Positions 1 through 8,757 of a stretch of DNA of 64,000 bases are shown piece by piece. The stretch comes from an uncultured bacterium (lineage in GTDB: Bacteria; Armatimonadota; Abditibacteriia; Abditibacteriales; Abditibacteriaceae): contig CAWJLW010000006.1 of NCBI GenBank assembly GCA_963843795.1, forward strand, positions 1,364,001 through 1,428,000. The letters run 5' to 3'. The notes below the pieces were generated by a model that worked only from the letters and a program-made list of their open reading frames with translations, did no database searches and was not told the origin of the DNA. Every line of letters starts with the position of its first letter. The stretch's first letter is position 1. The position numbers were made by a program, and so were the translations under genes.

Positions 1-1084
1 TCGGCAAGCCAAAATTTTCGCGCACCGACAAGCCCAGCACCAAACCCTGTGATTTGCGATCTTCAGTCAACAGGCAAATGCCGTTTTGAATCGCATCGAC
101 CGGCGAATTGATTTTCAGTTCGCGCCCATCGAGCGTAATTGTGCCGCTTTCGCGCTTGTCGGCACCGAAAAGCAAGCGCGCCACTTCAGTCCGTCCCGCA
201 CCGACCAAACCAGTCAGCCCAAGTACTTCGCCGTGCCGCAAATCGAAACTCACTCCGCGCACGCTGTTGCCACGCCACAAATTGCGCACCTGTAAGCGCG
301 TTTGACCCACTTCCGTGTCGCGTTTGGGAAATTCGCTTTCCAGTTTGCGCCCGACCATCAGTTCGATAATGCGTTCGCGCGACAAATCGGCAACGTTTTC
401 GGTCGTGATATATTCTCCATCGCGCATAATCGTGGCGCGGTCGCACATCGCGAAAATCTCGTCCAAGCGATGGCTGACGTAAAGAATCCCCAAACCCTGC
501 GCCTGCAAATCGCGAATAATGGCAAACAATTTCTCGACTTCACGCCCGCTGAGCGCTGCGGTTGGCTCGTCCATCACCACGATGCGAGCTTTGCGCGCCA
601 GCGCTTTGGCGATTTCCACGATTTGCTGCTGCGCAACTGATAATTGGCTGCACAAAATTTCGGGGTCGATTTCAATGTCCAAGCGCTTGAATAATTCCAG
701 CGCTTCGCGCCGTTCCTCGTTGGGTGAGAGAAATCCGCCTCCGCGCTCTTGGCCCAGAAAAATATTTTCGCGCGCCGAAAGCGTCGGGACGAGATTAAAT
801 TCTTGATAAATCACCGCGACGCCCAATTGCTGCGCATCCAGAGGCGAAGAAATAGCGGCGATTTTACCATCAATGGCAATCGTGCCCGCTTCAGGATGAT
901 GCGCGCCCGAAAGTACTTTGATCATCGTACTTTTGCCCGCGCCGTTTTCGCCCAACAGAGCATGAACTTCGCCCGCGCGTAGTTCGAGTTGTCCGCGTTT
1001 AATGGCGCGGACGCCGGGAAACGATTTTTCGATGCCTTGCATCGAAAGCAGCGGCAATGGTGCGGAAGAAAATTCAGAATTCAT
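1..1084 (-). CDS. Sugar ABC transporter ATP-binding protein (RbsA/MglA-like), 3' end runs off the window
   Basis: Manual minus-strand translation from ATG at 1084 gives MNSEFSSAPLPLLSMQGIEKSFPGVRAIKRGQLELRAGEVHALLGENGAGKSTMIKVLSG (Walker A GENGAGKST). Absent from the ORF track because its stop lies outside the window. Confidence 0.9.
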   Translation of the reverse strand, partial: MNSEFSSAPLPLLSMQGIEKSFPGVRAIKRGQLELRAGEVHALLGENGAGKSTMIKVLSGAHHPEAGTIAIDGKIAAISSPLDAQQLGVAVIYQEFNLVPTLSARENIFLGQERGGGFLSPNEERREALELFKRLDIEIDPEILCSQLSVAQQQIVEIAKALARKARIVVMDEPTAALSGREVEKLFAIIRDLQAQGLGILYVSHRLDEIFAMCDRATIMRDGEYITTENVADLSRERIIELMVGRKLESEFPKRDTEVGQTRLQVRNLWRGNSVRGVSFDLRHGEVLGLTGLVGAGRTEVARLLFGADKRESGTITLDGRELKINSPVDAIQNGICLLTEDRKSQGLVLGLSVRENFGLP

Positions 1085-1587
1085 ACTGCGTTGCAAAGTG
1101 TGAAAGCGATTATTTTGCGGCTTCGAAAATCAAGTCATCCAAACCGCACAACGACTTCAGACCGCTCGATTTCTCGTTGACGCCAACGATTTTCACACGC
1201 AAAGTGCAATGGTTACCGTGCGGCACAAAAATCTCAGATCAATCGGTTCAGATTGCCGCCCAACTGACGCATGCCATCGAAATCCAAGGGAATTATATGA
1301 CCATTTATGGGAAAGCGAAGTTTAACGTAATCGGACTCTTGAGTTGCGTGCAAAACTAGTCAATACGTGTAGTTTGAATCGGGTATTACTAATTCTACGC
1401 CATACTGTTAAGTCCTGCGATAAATGGTAAATGTGCCAAGGCATGAATTGCATTTGAATCGGGTTTCGATGAAAGAATGAGTTGGATGCAAAATCCCTCT
1501 CCACGTGTTTGCCGAAACGTGCTTGCCTAAACAAATCAGAACTGAGAGGATAAAAGTAATTTTATATTAGGAATTGGAGGCACCACA

Positions 1588-1619
1588 AAAAGCTCCCGCC
1601 AGCAGCGGCGGGAGCTTTT
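1588..1619. terminator. Intrinsic terminator-like hairpin downstream of tRNA-Glu
   Basis: AAAAGCTCCCGCC-agcagc-GGCGGGAGCTTTT: GC stem with A/T tracts on both sides. Confidence 0.8.
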
Positions 1620-1658
1620 GAGTACCTTACTCGACTTTATGTCCTCAAGGTTGATGAG

Positions 1659-1732
1659 TAGCCCGTAGGGGATTCGAACCCCTGATCTTCAGAATGAGAA
1701 TCTGATGTCCTGGGCCTCTAGACGAACGGGCC
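1659..1732 (-). tRNA. tRNA-Glu(CTC), 3' CCA not encoded
   Basis: Reverse complement GGCCCGTTCGTCTAGAGGCCCAGGACATCAGATTCTCATTCTGAAGATCAGGGGTTCGAATCCCCTACGGGCTA: acceptor stem, anticodon arm TCAGA-TTCTCAT-TCTGA, T-loop GTTCGAATC. Confidence 0.95.
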
Positions 1733-1822
1733 ATCTGCGCTAAAAGCACCAGAAAATTTAACAAATTCCTCTGCAGTGCGCAAGTTCTATGTGCAAGTAC
1801 TTGCACATAGAACTTAATCGTT

Positions 1823-3973
1823 TTACGAGTTCTGCGCTTGACCTTGCTTGGCCGATTTTGACACGATTTGCATGAAATCGGCGTTGGTTTTGGTATTACG
1901 CAAACGGTCGATGAGAAGGGTAATTGACTTGTCGTTGTCCAAGTTTGCCAGCGTGCGACGTAGGTGATACACCGCCGTCAAATCGTCTTTGCTCATCAGC
2001 AAATCGTCGCGACGTGTGCCGCTGCGGTTGATGTCGATGGCAGGGAAAATGCGCTGGTCGAACAGACTGCGATCCAAGACCAAATCCAAATTGCCCGTAC
2101 CCTTGAATTCCTCGAAAATATACTCGTCCATGCGGCTTCCGGTATCCACCAAAGCCGTTGCCAAAATTGTCAAACTGCCACCTTCTTCGATGTTGCGCGC
2201 CGCACCAAACATCTTTTTCGGCTTGTGCATCGCGGCAGGATCAAGTCCGCCCGACATCGTGCGCCCCGAAGTCGGGACGACAAGGTTAGAAGCGCGCGAT
2301 AAACGCGTAATCGAGTCGAGCAGAATGACTACATCGTGTTTTTGTTCGGCCAAACGTTTGGCCCGTTCCATCACCATTTCTGCTACGCGCATATGGTTTT
2401 CGGCAGTTTCATCGAAAGTCGAAGCCACGACTTCGCCGCGCACGCTGCGCGAAATATCGGTCACTTCTTCGGGACGTTCGTCAATCAACAGCACGATCAG
2501 AATCGCTTCGGGATGATTGCGCGAAATCGAGTTGGCGATGCTTTTAATCAGTGTTGTTTTGCCGGCTTTGGGCGGTGCGACGATCAAGCCGCGTTGACCT
2601 TTGCCGATGGGTGAAACCAGTTCGATAATGCGTGCGGTAATGTTCGATTGCTCGGTTTCCAGATTCCACTTTTCTTCGGGGAAAATTGGCGTTAACTTCT
2701 CGAAGTCCTTGCGCGTTTTCATGTTGTCCGGTGGTTCACCGTTAATCGACTCGACGCGCAGCAAGCCGTAATGGCGCTCGGCGTCTTTGGGTGAACGCGC
2801 CTGACCTGCGACCATATCGCCGGTTTTTAGATTAAAACGTTTGATTTGCGATGACGAAACGTACACATCTCCGTCACCTGCGAGATATCCATTGACGCGC
2901 AAAAAGCCGCGACTGTCAGGCAGAATTTCTAACACGCCTCGTTTGTAAGTGAAGCCCTGAGCAGCTGCCTGCGCTTCCAACAAGCGAGTAATCAATTGGC
3001 TTTTTTCCAATTCGGGCGCGGTTTCCACGTTCAGTTCAGAAGCCAGTAAAGTTAGTTCTTCTGGGCTCTTGCCCTCGAGTGCGACCAGATCGTAATCGGG
3101 CCGCGCGCGTTGCGCTTCGCGCTCGTAACGATCCATGCCACGATTCTCGTTGCCGCCACGATTCTCGTTACCACCACGATTCTCGTTGCGATTACCACGA
3201 TTATCGTTGCGATTGCCACGATTGTCGTTGCGGTTGCCCCGAACTTCGTTGCGATTATCGTTGCTGCGATTATCGTTGCGCTGGTTATCATTACGGTTGT
3301 TGCCGCGCGCGTTGTCGTTCCGTCCATGATCATTGCGCGCGGTTTCGTTGCGACCTTCGCGGCCTCGAAAGCGTAACACGCGACCTTCGCCACGCGCGTT
3401 ATCGCTGCGACCGTCACCCCGATTCTCGGCGCGCGAATTATCGCTGTCGCGGGCTTCGTCGCTCTCGGATTCTCTATGGCCCGATTCTCTATTGCGCGGC
3501 TCTTCGCTGCGCGCTTCAGAGTTGTCGGCTGCGACTTGCGCTTCCGCAGCTAATTTTTCGGTGCTGGGAATAGCGTTTTGAGAATGGTTTGCTGGCGAAT
3601 TTTCTGCTTCAGAGCTGGGTGCGTGGGCGTTGCCGTTTTGCGAATCGTCTTTGTCTGCCGTGCCAAATTCCAGCGCAGGTTGTGAACGGCTGTCAGCGTC
3701 GCTGTTGGTTTCGTCGTTTGGATTTGCCGCGTCTTTTTTCGTGCGCGTGGTTTTGGCGCGCGGATTTTTGGGCGCAGTGTCTTTTTTGGCACGCGCAGTT
3801 TTGGCAGTTGCTGTTTTCGTCGTTGCAGATTTGGTTGTTTTTGCCGCCGCTTTGCGGCGCGTCGGGGCGGCAGCCTCCTCGGTAGCGCTGACAGGCGCAT
3901 CGGCAGCAGGCGCAACGGCGACGGGCGCTTCGGTTAAAGACGGTGTTTCGGAAACGTTCACAGCATCATTCAT
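1823..3973 (-). CDS. rho: Transcription termination factor Rho with long low-complexity N-terminal extension
   Basis: PIGKGQRGLIVAPPKAGKT, LIDERPEEVTD, DSITRL, EEFKGTGN, FPAIDINRSGTRRD; ATG at 3973 chosen as start. Confidence 0.97.
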   Translation of the reverse strand: MNDAVNVSETPSLTEAPVAVAPAADAPVSATEEAAAPTRRKAAAKTTKSATTKTATAKTARAKKDTAPKNPRAKTTRTKKDAANPNDETNSDADSRSQPALEFGTADKDDSQNGNAHAPSSEAENSPANHSQNAIPSTEKLAAEAQVAADNSEARSEEPRNRESGHRESESDEARDSDNSRAENRGDGRSDNARGEGRVLRFRGREGRNETARNDHGRNDNARGNNRNDNQRNDNRSNDNRNEVRGNRNDNRGNRNDNRGNRNENRGGNENRGGNENRGMDRYEREAQRARPDYDLVALEGKSPEELTLLASELNVETAPELEKSQLITRLLEAQAAAQGFTYKRGVLEILPDSRGFLRVNGYLAGDGDVYVSSSQIKRFNLKTGDMVAGQARSPKDAERHYGLLRVESINGEPPDNMKTRKDFEKLTPIFPEEKWNLETEQSNITARIIELVSPIGKGQRGLIVAPPKAGKTTLIKSIANSISRNHPEAILIVLLIDERPEEVTDISRSVRGEVVASTFDETAENHMRVAEMVMERAKRLAEQKHDVVILLDSITRLSRASNLVVPTSGRTMSGGLDPAAMHKPKKMFGAARNIEEGGSLTILATALVDTGSRMDEYIFEEFKGTGNLDLVLDRSLFDQRIFPAIDINRSGTRRDDLLMSKDDLTAVYHLRRTLANLDNDKSITLLIDRLRNTKTNADFMQIVSKSAKQGQAQNS

Positions 3974-4109
3974 GACAAAAACCTTTGACAAAAGACGAAC
4001 CACAAAAAATTAAACCAACAAAATGGGAGTGAAAACGGGAATGAAATGAATCAGAAAATTTCGTCCCAACTATCGAATGAAGTGACAGGTCGCAAAGCTA
4101 CAAGAAACA

Positions 4110-4147
4110 GTCGCGCGCACTTGCGTATGTCGCGCGCACTTGCGTAT
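4110..4147. repeat. Perfect 19-bp tandem duplication GTCGCGCGCACTTGCGTAT x2 in the rho upstream region
   Basis: 4110-4128 is identical to 4129-4147. Confidence 0.85.
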
Positions 4148-4502
4148 AGCGGTCTGTTGATGAATTACGACAAAATGAAAAGCGCTGAAAAGGCGCTACA
4201 ATGGTGTGCGCTCTCGACAAAATTCGAGCGCAAATAACTTAACCAAGGCCCTGCAAGTACTTGCAGGGCACGAAGTATTCAATTGGAAATAACGCGCGTC
4301 CGATAACCCAAAAAATTCAACGCACAAGGTACTGATATGAATGGCAAGTACTTGCGGGGTATATCGATTTTGACAAATCACAATTCTGCATCGGTCAGCA
4401 TTTCGCGTGAATGGCGTGGTGCGTTGGTGGCGTTGCGCGAATTTCATCGCACAAGGTTAGGAAGTTTGTGAAACAAAACCCGTATCGGCTGAGGACTTGG
4501 AT

Positions 4503-5093
4503 TTATTTGCCGCCGTAAACTTCGGGGCGCAAGATGCCGACGTAGGGAAGGTTGCGATATTGTTGAGCGAAATCCAGACCATAGCCGACGACAAATTCGT
4601 CTGGCACTTCAAAACCGACGTAATCTACGGCGACATTGGTCAAACGGCGTGAGGGCTTGTCGAGCATCGTACACGTTTTCACGCTCGCCACGTTGCGATG
4701 ACGCATGCTTTCCAGCAAGTAATTCAAAGTTAGGCCGGTATCCACGATGTCCTCGATAATCAAAACGTGACGACTTTCCACGCTTTCATCGAGGTCTTTA
4801 ATTAAGCGTACCACGCCCGAGGAGCGCGATTCTTTACCATATGACGAGATCGCCACGAAATCGAGCAGGCACGGTGTCGTGATATGACGCAGCAGATCAG
4901 CGGTAAAAACGACGGCACCGACCAAAACCGAGACCAAAACCGGATTTTTTCCGGCGTAGTCGCGCGAAATCTGTTCGCCCAACGCAGCGATGCGCTCTTG
5001 CATCTGCGTGGCCGAAATCAAGACTTCCTGCACATCCGCTTCGGATGGCAAAACTTCGGATGACAACTGTTCAGGACGAAATGGATGGAGCAT
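4503..5093 (-). CDS. hpt: Hypoxanthine phosphoribosyltransferase
   Basis: VLIIEDIVDTGLTL PRPP-binding motif and FVVGYGLD; start uncertain. Confidence 0.95.
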   Translation of the reverse strand: MLHPFRPEQLSSEVLPSEADVQEVLISATQMQERIAALGEQISRDYAGKNPVLVSVLVGAVVFTADLLRHITTPCLLDFVAISSYGKESRSSGVVRLIKDLDESVESRHVLIIEDIVDTGLTLNYLLESMRHRNVASVKTCTMLDKPSRRLTNVAVDYVGFEVPDEFVVGYGLDFAQQYRNLPYVGILRPEVYGGK

Positions 5094-5260
5094 AAATAAG
5101 CGACTTTCAATAACCAACAATTCAAATGACCAACTCAATCGACTTGCACCAACAACCGACTTTGACTACACAATTATTCCCAGCAACCACACAAATCGAA
5201 CCTTATCGCAACCAACTAACTGCTGATTGCAGCAGCTAATTGCAGCAGATTAGCCAGTGC

Positions 5261-5488
5261 TCAAGCTTCGCTATCAACGGGTTCGGAAACCAGACGCAAG
5301 ACGATGGTGCGCAAAAGCGCCACTTCGTGTTCCAGTTCCAAATGGCGTTGCGCCAATTCTTGCAACGCTGCTTCGCTCGTCAAATGATCGAAATCAATCG
5401 GAGAGCGCGATTGGCCCGTCTGCATTTTATGCATTTCTTCTTCAACCGCTTGACGAAAAGCCAACACCACATCATCTTCGTGAGCCAT
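5261..5488 (-). CDS. Small hypothetical protein (75 aa, coiled-coil-like)
   Basis: ATG at 5488 preceded by GAGG RBS; co-oriented between guaA and hpt. Confidence 0.65.
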   Translation of the reverse strand: MAHEDDVVLAFRQAVEEEMHKMQTGQSRSPIDFDHLTSEAALQELAQRHLELEHEVALLRTIVLRLVSEPVDSEA

Positions 5489-5527
5489 ATTTTGTCCTCG
5501 ATTTATGGGGCAAGTACTTGCCACACA

Positions 5528-7078
5528 TCATTCCCATTCAATCGTTGCCGGCGGCTTGGACGTAATATCATACGTCACACGATTGATGCCCTCGACTTCG
5601 TTAACAATTCGATTCGCGATGCGCTCTAAAACTTCATACGGAATGCGCGCCCAATCGCTGGTCATGCCGTCTTCACTCGTTACCGCGCGCAAAACCACCG
5701 GATGCGCATAGGTTCGCTGATCACCCATCACGCCAACGCTACGCACGCTCGGCGTTAAAACAGCGAAACATTGCCAAATCTGGCGATACAAACCGGCACG
5801 TTTGATTTCTTCGATTAAAACTGCATCGGCGTCGCGCGCGATTTTTAAACGTTCTTCGGTCACTTCGCCGATAATACGAATTGCGAGTCCAGGCCCCGGA
5901 AACGGTTGGCGCCAGATAATTTCGCTCGGCATTCCCATTTCTTCGCCCAAGGCGCGCACTTCGTCTTTAAACAAGGTGCGGAACGGCTCGATCAACTCAA
6001 AATCCATATCTTCGGGCAAGCCACCGACATTGTGATGGGTTTTGATTTTAGCTGCGGTCCCTGTTCCACTTTCGATAACGTCGGGATACAAAGTGCCTTG
6101 GGCCAAGTATTTCATCTTGCCCAGACGCTTGGTTTCGCGCTCGAAGGTCGCCACGAATTCGTTGCCGATGATCACACGCTTTTCTTCGGGCTTGGTCACA
6201 CCTTTTAACTTTGCCAGAAATTCGTGCGAAGCGTCAACATATTCAAAGTTCAGGCCGGTGTAATCTCCGGTTGTGAACGTTTTGCACACCTGCTCGGCTT
6301 CATTTTGACGCAAAAATCCGTGATTGACAAACAAACATGTCAATTGATCGCCGACCGCGCGATGGATCAAAACCGCTGCCACGGCGGAATCGACTCCGCC
6401 TGAAAGCGCGCACAACACGCGATCTTTGCCGACCATTTCGCGGATGCGTTCGGTTTCGGTATCGACGAAGTTTTCCATCGTCCATTCGCCGGTGCAATCG
6501 CAAAAATCATACAGAAAGTTGCGTATAATTTCGACGCCCCAAGGCGTGTGCACGACTTCGGGATGGAACTGCACGCCGAACAATTTCTTTTCTACGTTTG
6601 CCATCGAAGCGACCGGACAACTGACCGTTTTTGACGTCGCTACAAAGCCCGGTGGCACTTCTAAAACGTAATCGCCGTGGCTCATCCAGCAGATAAGCTG
6701 CTTGTTCAACCCATTATAAAGCGGCGCATTATCGGCGACGTGAAGTTCGGTTTTGCCGAACTCGCGTTTATCGGCAGGCGTAACGCGACCGCCCATCATG
6801 TGCGCCATCACCTGATGACCGTAACAAATGCCTAGAATTGGCACGCCCGAATGAAACAGCGCATCAGCGCAGCGTGGCGCTTGCGTTTCATAGACCGAAG
6901 ACGGGCCGCCGGAAAAAATTACGCCTTTGGGATTAAGCGCGAGAATCTCTTCGGGCGCGATATCGAAGGGCAAAATTTCGCAATAAACATTGCACTGGCG
7001 CACTTTGCGCGCGATAAGCTGCGCGTATTGCGCGCCAAAATCAAGCACGACGATGGTTTCGTTGGAAATCGGATTCAT
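5528..7078 (-). CDS. guaA: GMP synthase (glutamine-hydrolysing)
   Basis: [44 protein letters not shown]-terminus. Confidence 0.98.
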   Translation of the reverse strand: MNPISNETIVVLDFGAQYAQLIARKVRQCNVYCEILPFDIAPEEILALNPKGVIFSGGPSSVYETQAPRCADALFHSGVPILGICYGHQVMAHMMGGRVTPADKREFGKTELHVADNAPLYNGLNKQLICWMSHGDYVLEVPPGFVATSKTVSCPVASMANVEKKLFGVQFHPEVVHTPWGVEIIRNFLYDFCDCTGEWTMENFVDTETERIREMVGKDRVLCALSGGVDSAVAAVLIHRAVGDQLTCLFVNHGFLRQNEAEQVCKTFTTGDYTGLNFEYVDASHEFLAKLKGVTKPEEKRVIIGNEFVATFERETKRLGKMKYLAQGTLYPDVIESGTGTAAKIKTHHNVGGLPEDMDFELIEPFRTLFKDEVRALGEEMGMPSEIIWRQPFPGPGLAIRIIGEVTEERLKIARDADAVLIEEIKRAGLYRQIWQCFAVLTPSVRSVGVMGDQRTYAHPVVLRAVTSEDGMTSDWARIPYEVLERIANRIVNEVEGINRVTYDITSKPPATIEWE

Positions 7079-7196
7079 TTCAATTTGAGAGGGAAGAAAG
7101 AGAGTGTAAGAGGGAAAATTTGGCCAGCAAGTACTTGCAAGGCGTATGGACATTTAACAACTGTTCATTTGTCTCATCTCTTAGCTCTCTCCCTCT

Positions 7197-8354
7197 TTAT
7201 TTGCCCTGTCCGACGTGCTGGTCGAACTGCTGGCGTTTGCCTTCGGTTTGCAGTGAGGGCGCAACTAAAATCTCGACGGTCTGCATCTCGCGAATTGTCT
7301 TGACGCCGCAACTGCCCATGCCGAGTTTGAGCGCGCCAATAAAGTTCATCGACCCATTATCGCTCACAGCGGGACCGAACAAAACCTGTTCCAAAGAAGC
7401 ATTGGTTCCGACTGTAATGCGCGTGCCGCGCGGCAATCCCGCCGAACTGGTTGCCATGCCCCAATGATGGCCGCGACCCGGCGCTTCGTGTGTGCTGGCA
7501 ATTGGCTGTCCCATCATCACGCCATCGGCACCGCACGCGATGGCTTTGCACACATCGCCACCAGTACGCAAACCACCGTCGGCAATAATTGGCACATATT
7601 TTCCTGTCTGCTCGAAATACTCATCGCGCGCCTGTGCGCTGTCGGCAATTGCGGTTCCCTGAGGAACGCCCAGCCCTAGAACCCGGCGCGTGGTGCAAGC
7701 TGCGCCCGGTCCGACGCCCACCAAAACCGCAGCGGCTCCGGCTTCGATAATCGATTTGGTGCCTTCGTAAGTGCAGCAGTTACCGATAATAACCGGAACT
7801 TTGGTCGCGGCGCAAATTTCGGCCAAGTCGAAATCGGAGCCTTTGCTCGATTCAAATTTCACCGTTGTCGCGCTTGATTGAATCACGATAATATCGGCGC
7901 CGGCTTCGACTGCTGCGGGAATCAAATGTACGCCGAGCGGTGTAAAAGATAATGCCGCGAGACCGCCACCGTCCTTAATGGCGCGAATACGCTTTTCGAT
8001 GAGTTCGGGTTTGACGGGTTCGCGATAAACACTTTGGATAAGAGGGATAACTGAACTCATCGGCTCATTGACAATGCGTTCAATTACCGCGTCGGGGTCA
8101 TCGTAACGCGTCTGAAGACCTTCGCCGTTGAGAACGGCGAGTCCGCCCAGTCGGCTCATTTCGAGAGCCATTTTTACGTCAACTGCACCATCCATCGCTG
8201 AAGCCAGAACGGGAATATCTAACGTCAGGTCACCGATTTGAAGACTGATCTGTGCGTCTGCAGGATCGACGGCGATGGTGCCCGGCGCCAGCGCCAGTTC
8301 ATCCAGACCATAAGCGCGCCGCGCTTCGCGTTTGCCACCGATTAACAAGACCAC
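7197..8354 (-). CDS. guaB3: GuaB3-family IMP dehydrogenase-related protein
   Basis: RRAYGLDE N-terminus, ASAMDG, VGVGPGAACTTR, IADGG; GTG start at 8354 after GAGGT RBS. Confidence 0.88.
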   Translation of the reverse strand: MVLLIGGKREARRAYGLDELALAPGTIAVDPADAQISLQIGDLTLDIPVLASAMDGAVDVKMALEMSRLGGLAVLNGEGLQTRYDDPDAVIERIVNEPMSSVIPLIQSVYREPVKPELIEKRIRAIKDGGGLAALSFTPLGVHLIPAAVEAGADIIVIQSSATTVKFESSKGSDFDLAEICAATKVPVIIGNCCTYEGTKSIIEAGAAAVLVGVGPGAACTTRRVLGLGVPQGTAIADSAQARDEYFEQTGKYVPIIADGGLRTGGDVCKAIACGADGVMMGQPIASTHEAPGRGHHWGMATSSAGLPRGTRITVGTNASLEQVLFGPAVSDNGSMNFIGALKLGMGSCGVKTIREMQTVEILVAPSLQTEGKRQQFDQHVGQGK

Positions 8355-8499
8355 ACCTCGAACGAAATAGTTGCCATAACTGATTAATAACGCTTCGCAT
8401 AAGCACGACGCCGAGTCGGCTATGGAAAACGTGGGAATTAAATGAATGAAAAGGGGAAGGCGTCCGGCCTCTACCGTGTTTGTAGCGAACGCGTGTCGC

Positions 8500-8528
8500 A
8501 GTGTAAAAGTTCGACCGCATAAAGTCAA
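8500..8528 (-). promoter_or_regulatory. Sigma70-type promoter for guaB3-guaA
   Basis: Minus strand TTGACT-N17-TACACT. Confidence 0.7.
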
Positions 8529-8757
8529 ACCTGATTTCCAAATGCTGTAAATTTTGCGAACTAGTTATGTGGCCTACCACCTGGCACTTTGCGGGAAAAC
8601 GCTTGGGACTTTTGAAAAACACGTTATTGGGTCACGACAGTTAGCGAGATTAATTGATTTTGACATCACTGAGTTGAAATTGTATTGGCTACAATGGCGC
8701 TCTGTTGCAATTTGGCACATTTCGCTAAATGGGCACTGCAAGTACTTGCAGCTCCGT

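Noticed and set aside
1180..1580. AT-rich stretch downstream of tRNA-Glu as an integrated element or att site
   Set aside because: No integrase, no duplicated tRNA 3' end noticed, and only short unconvincing ORFs
1656..1660. tRNA lacking encoded CCA
   Set aside because: Common in many bacteria, and a CCA-adding family enzyme is encoded at 26691-28019
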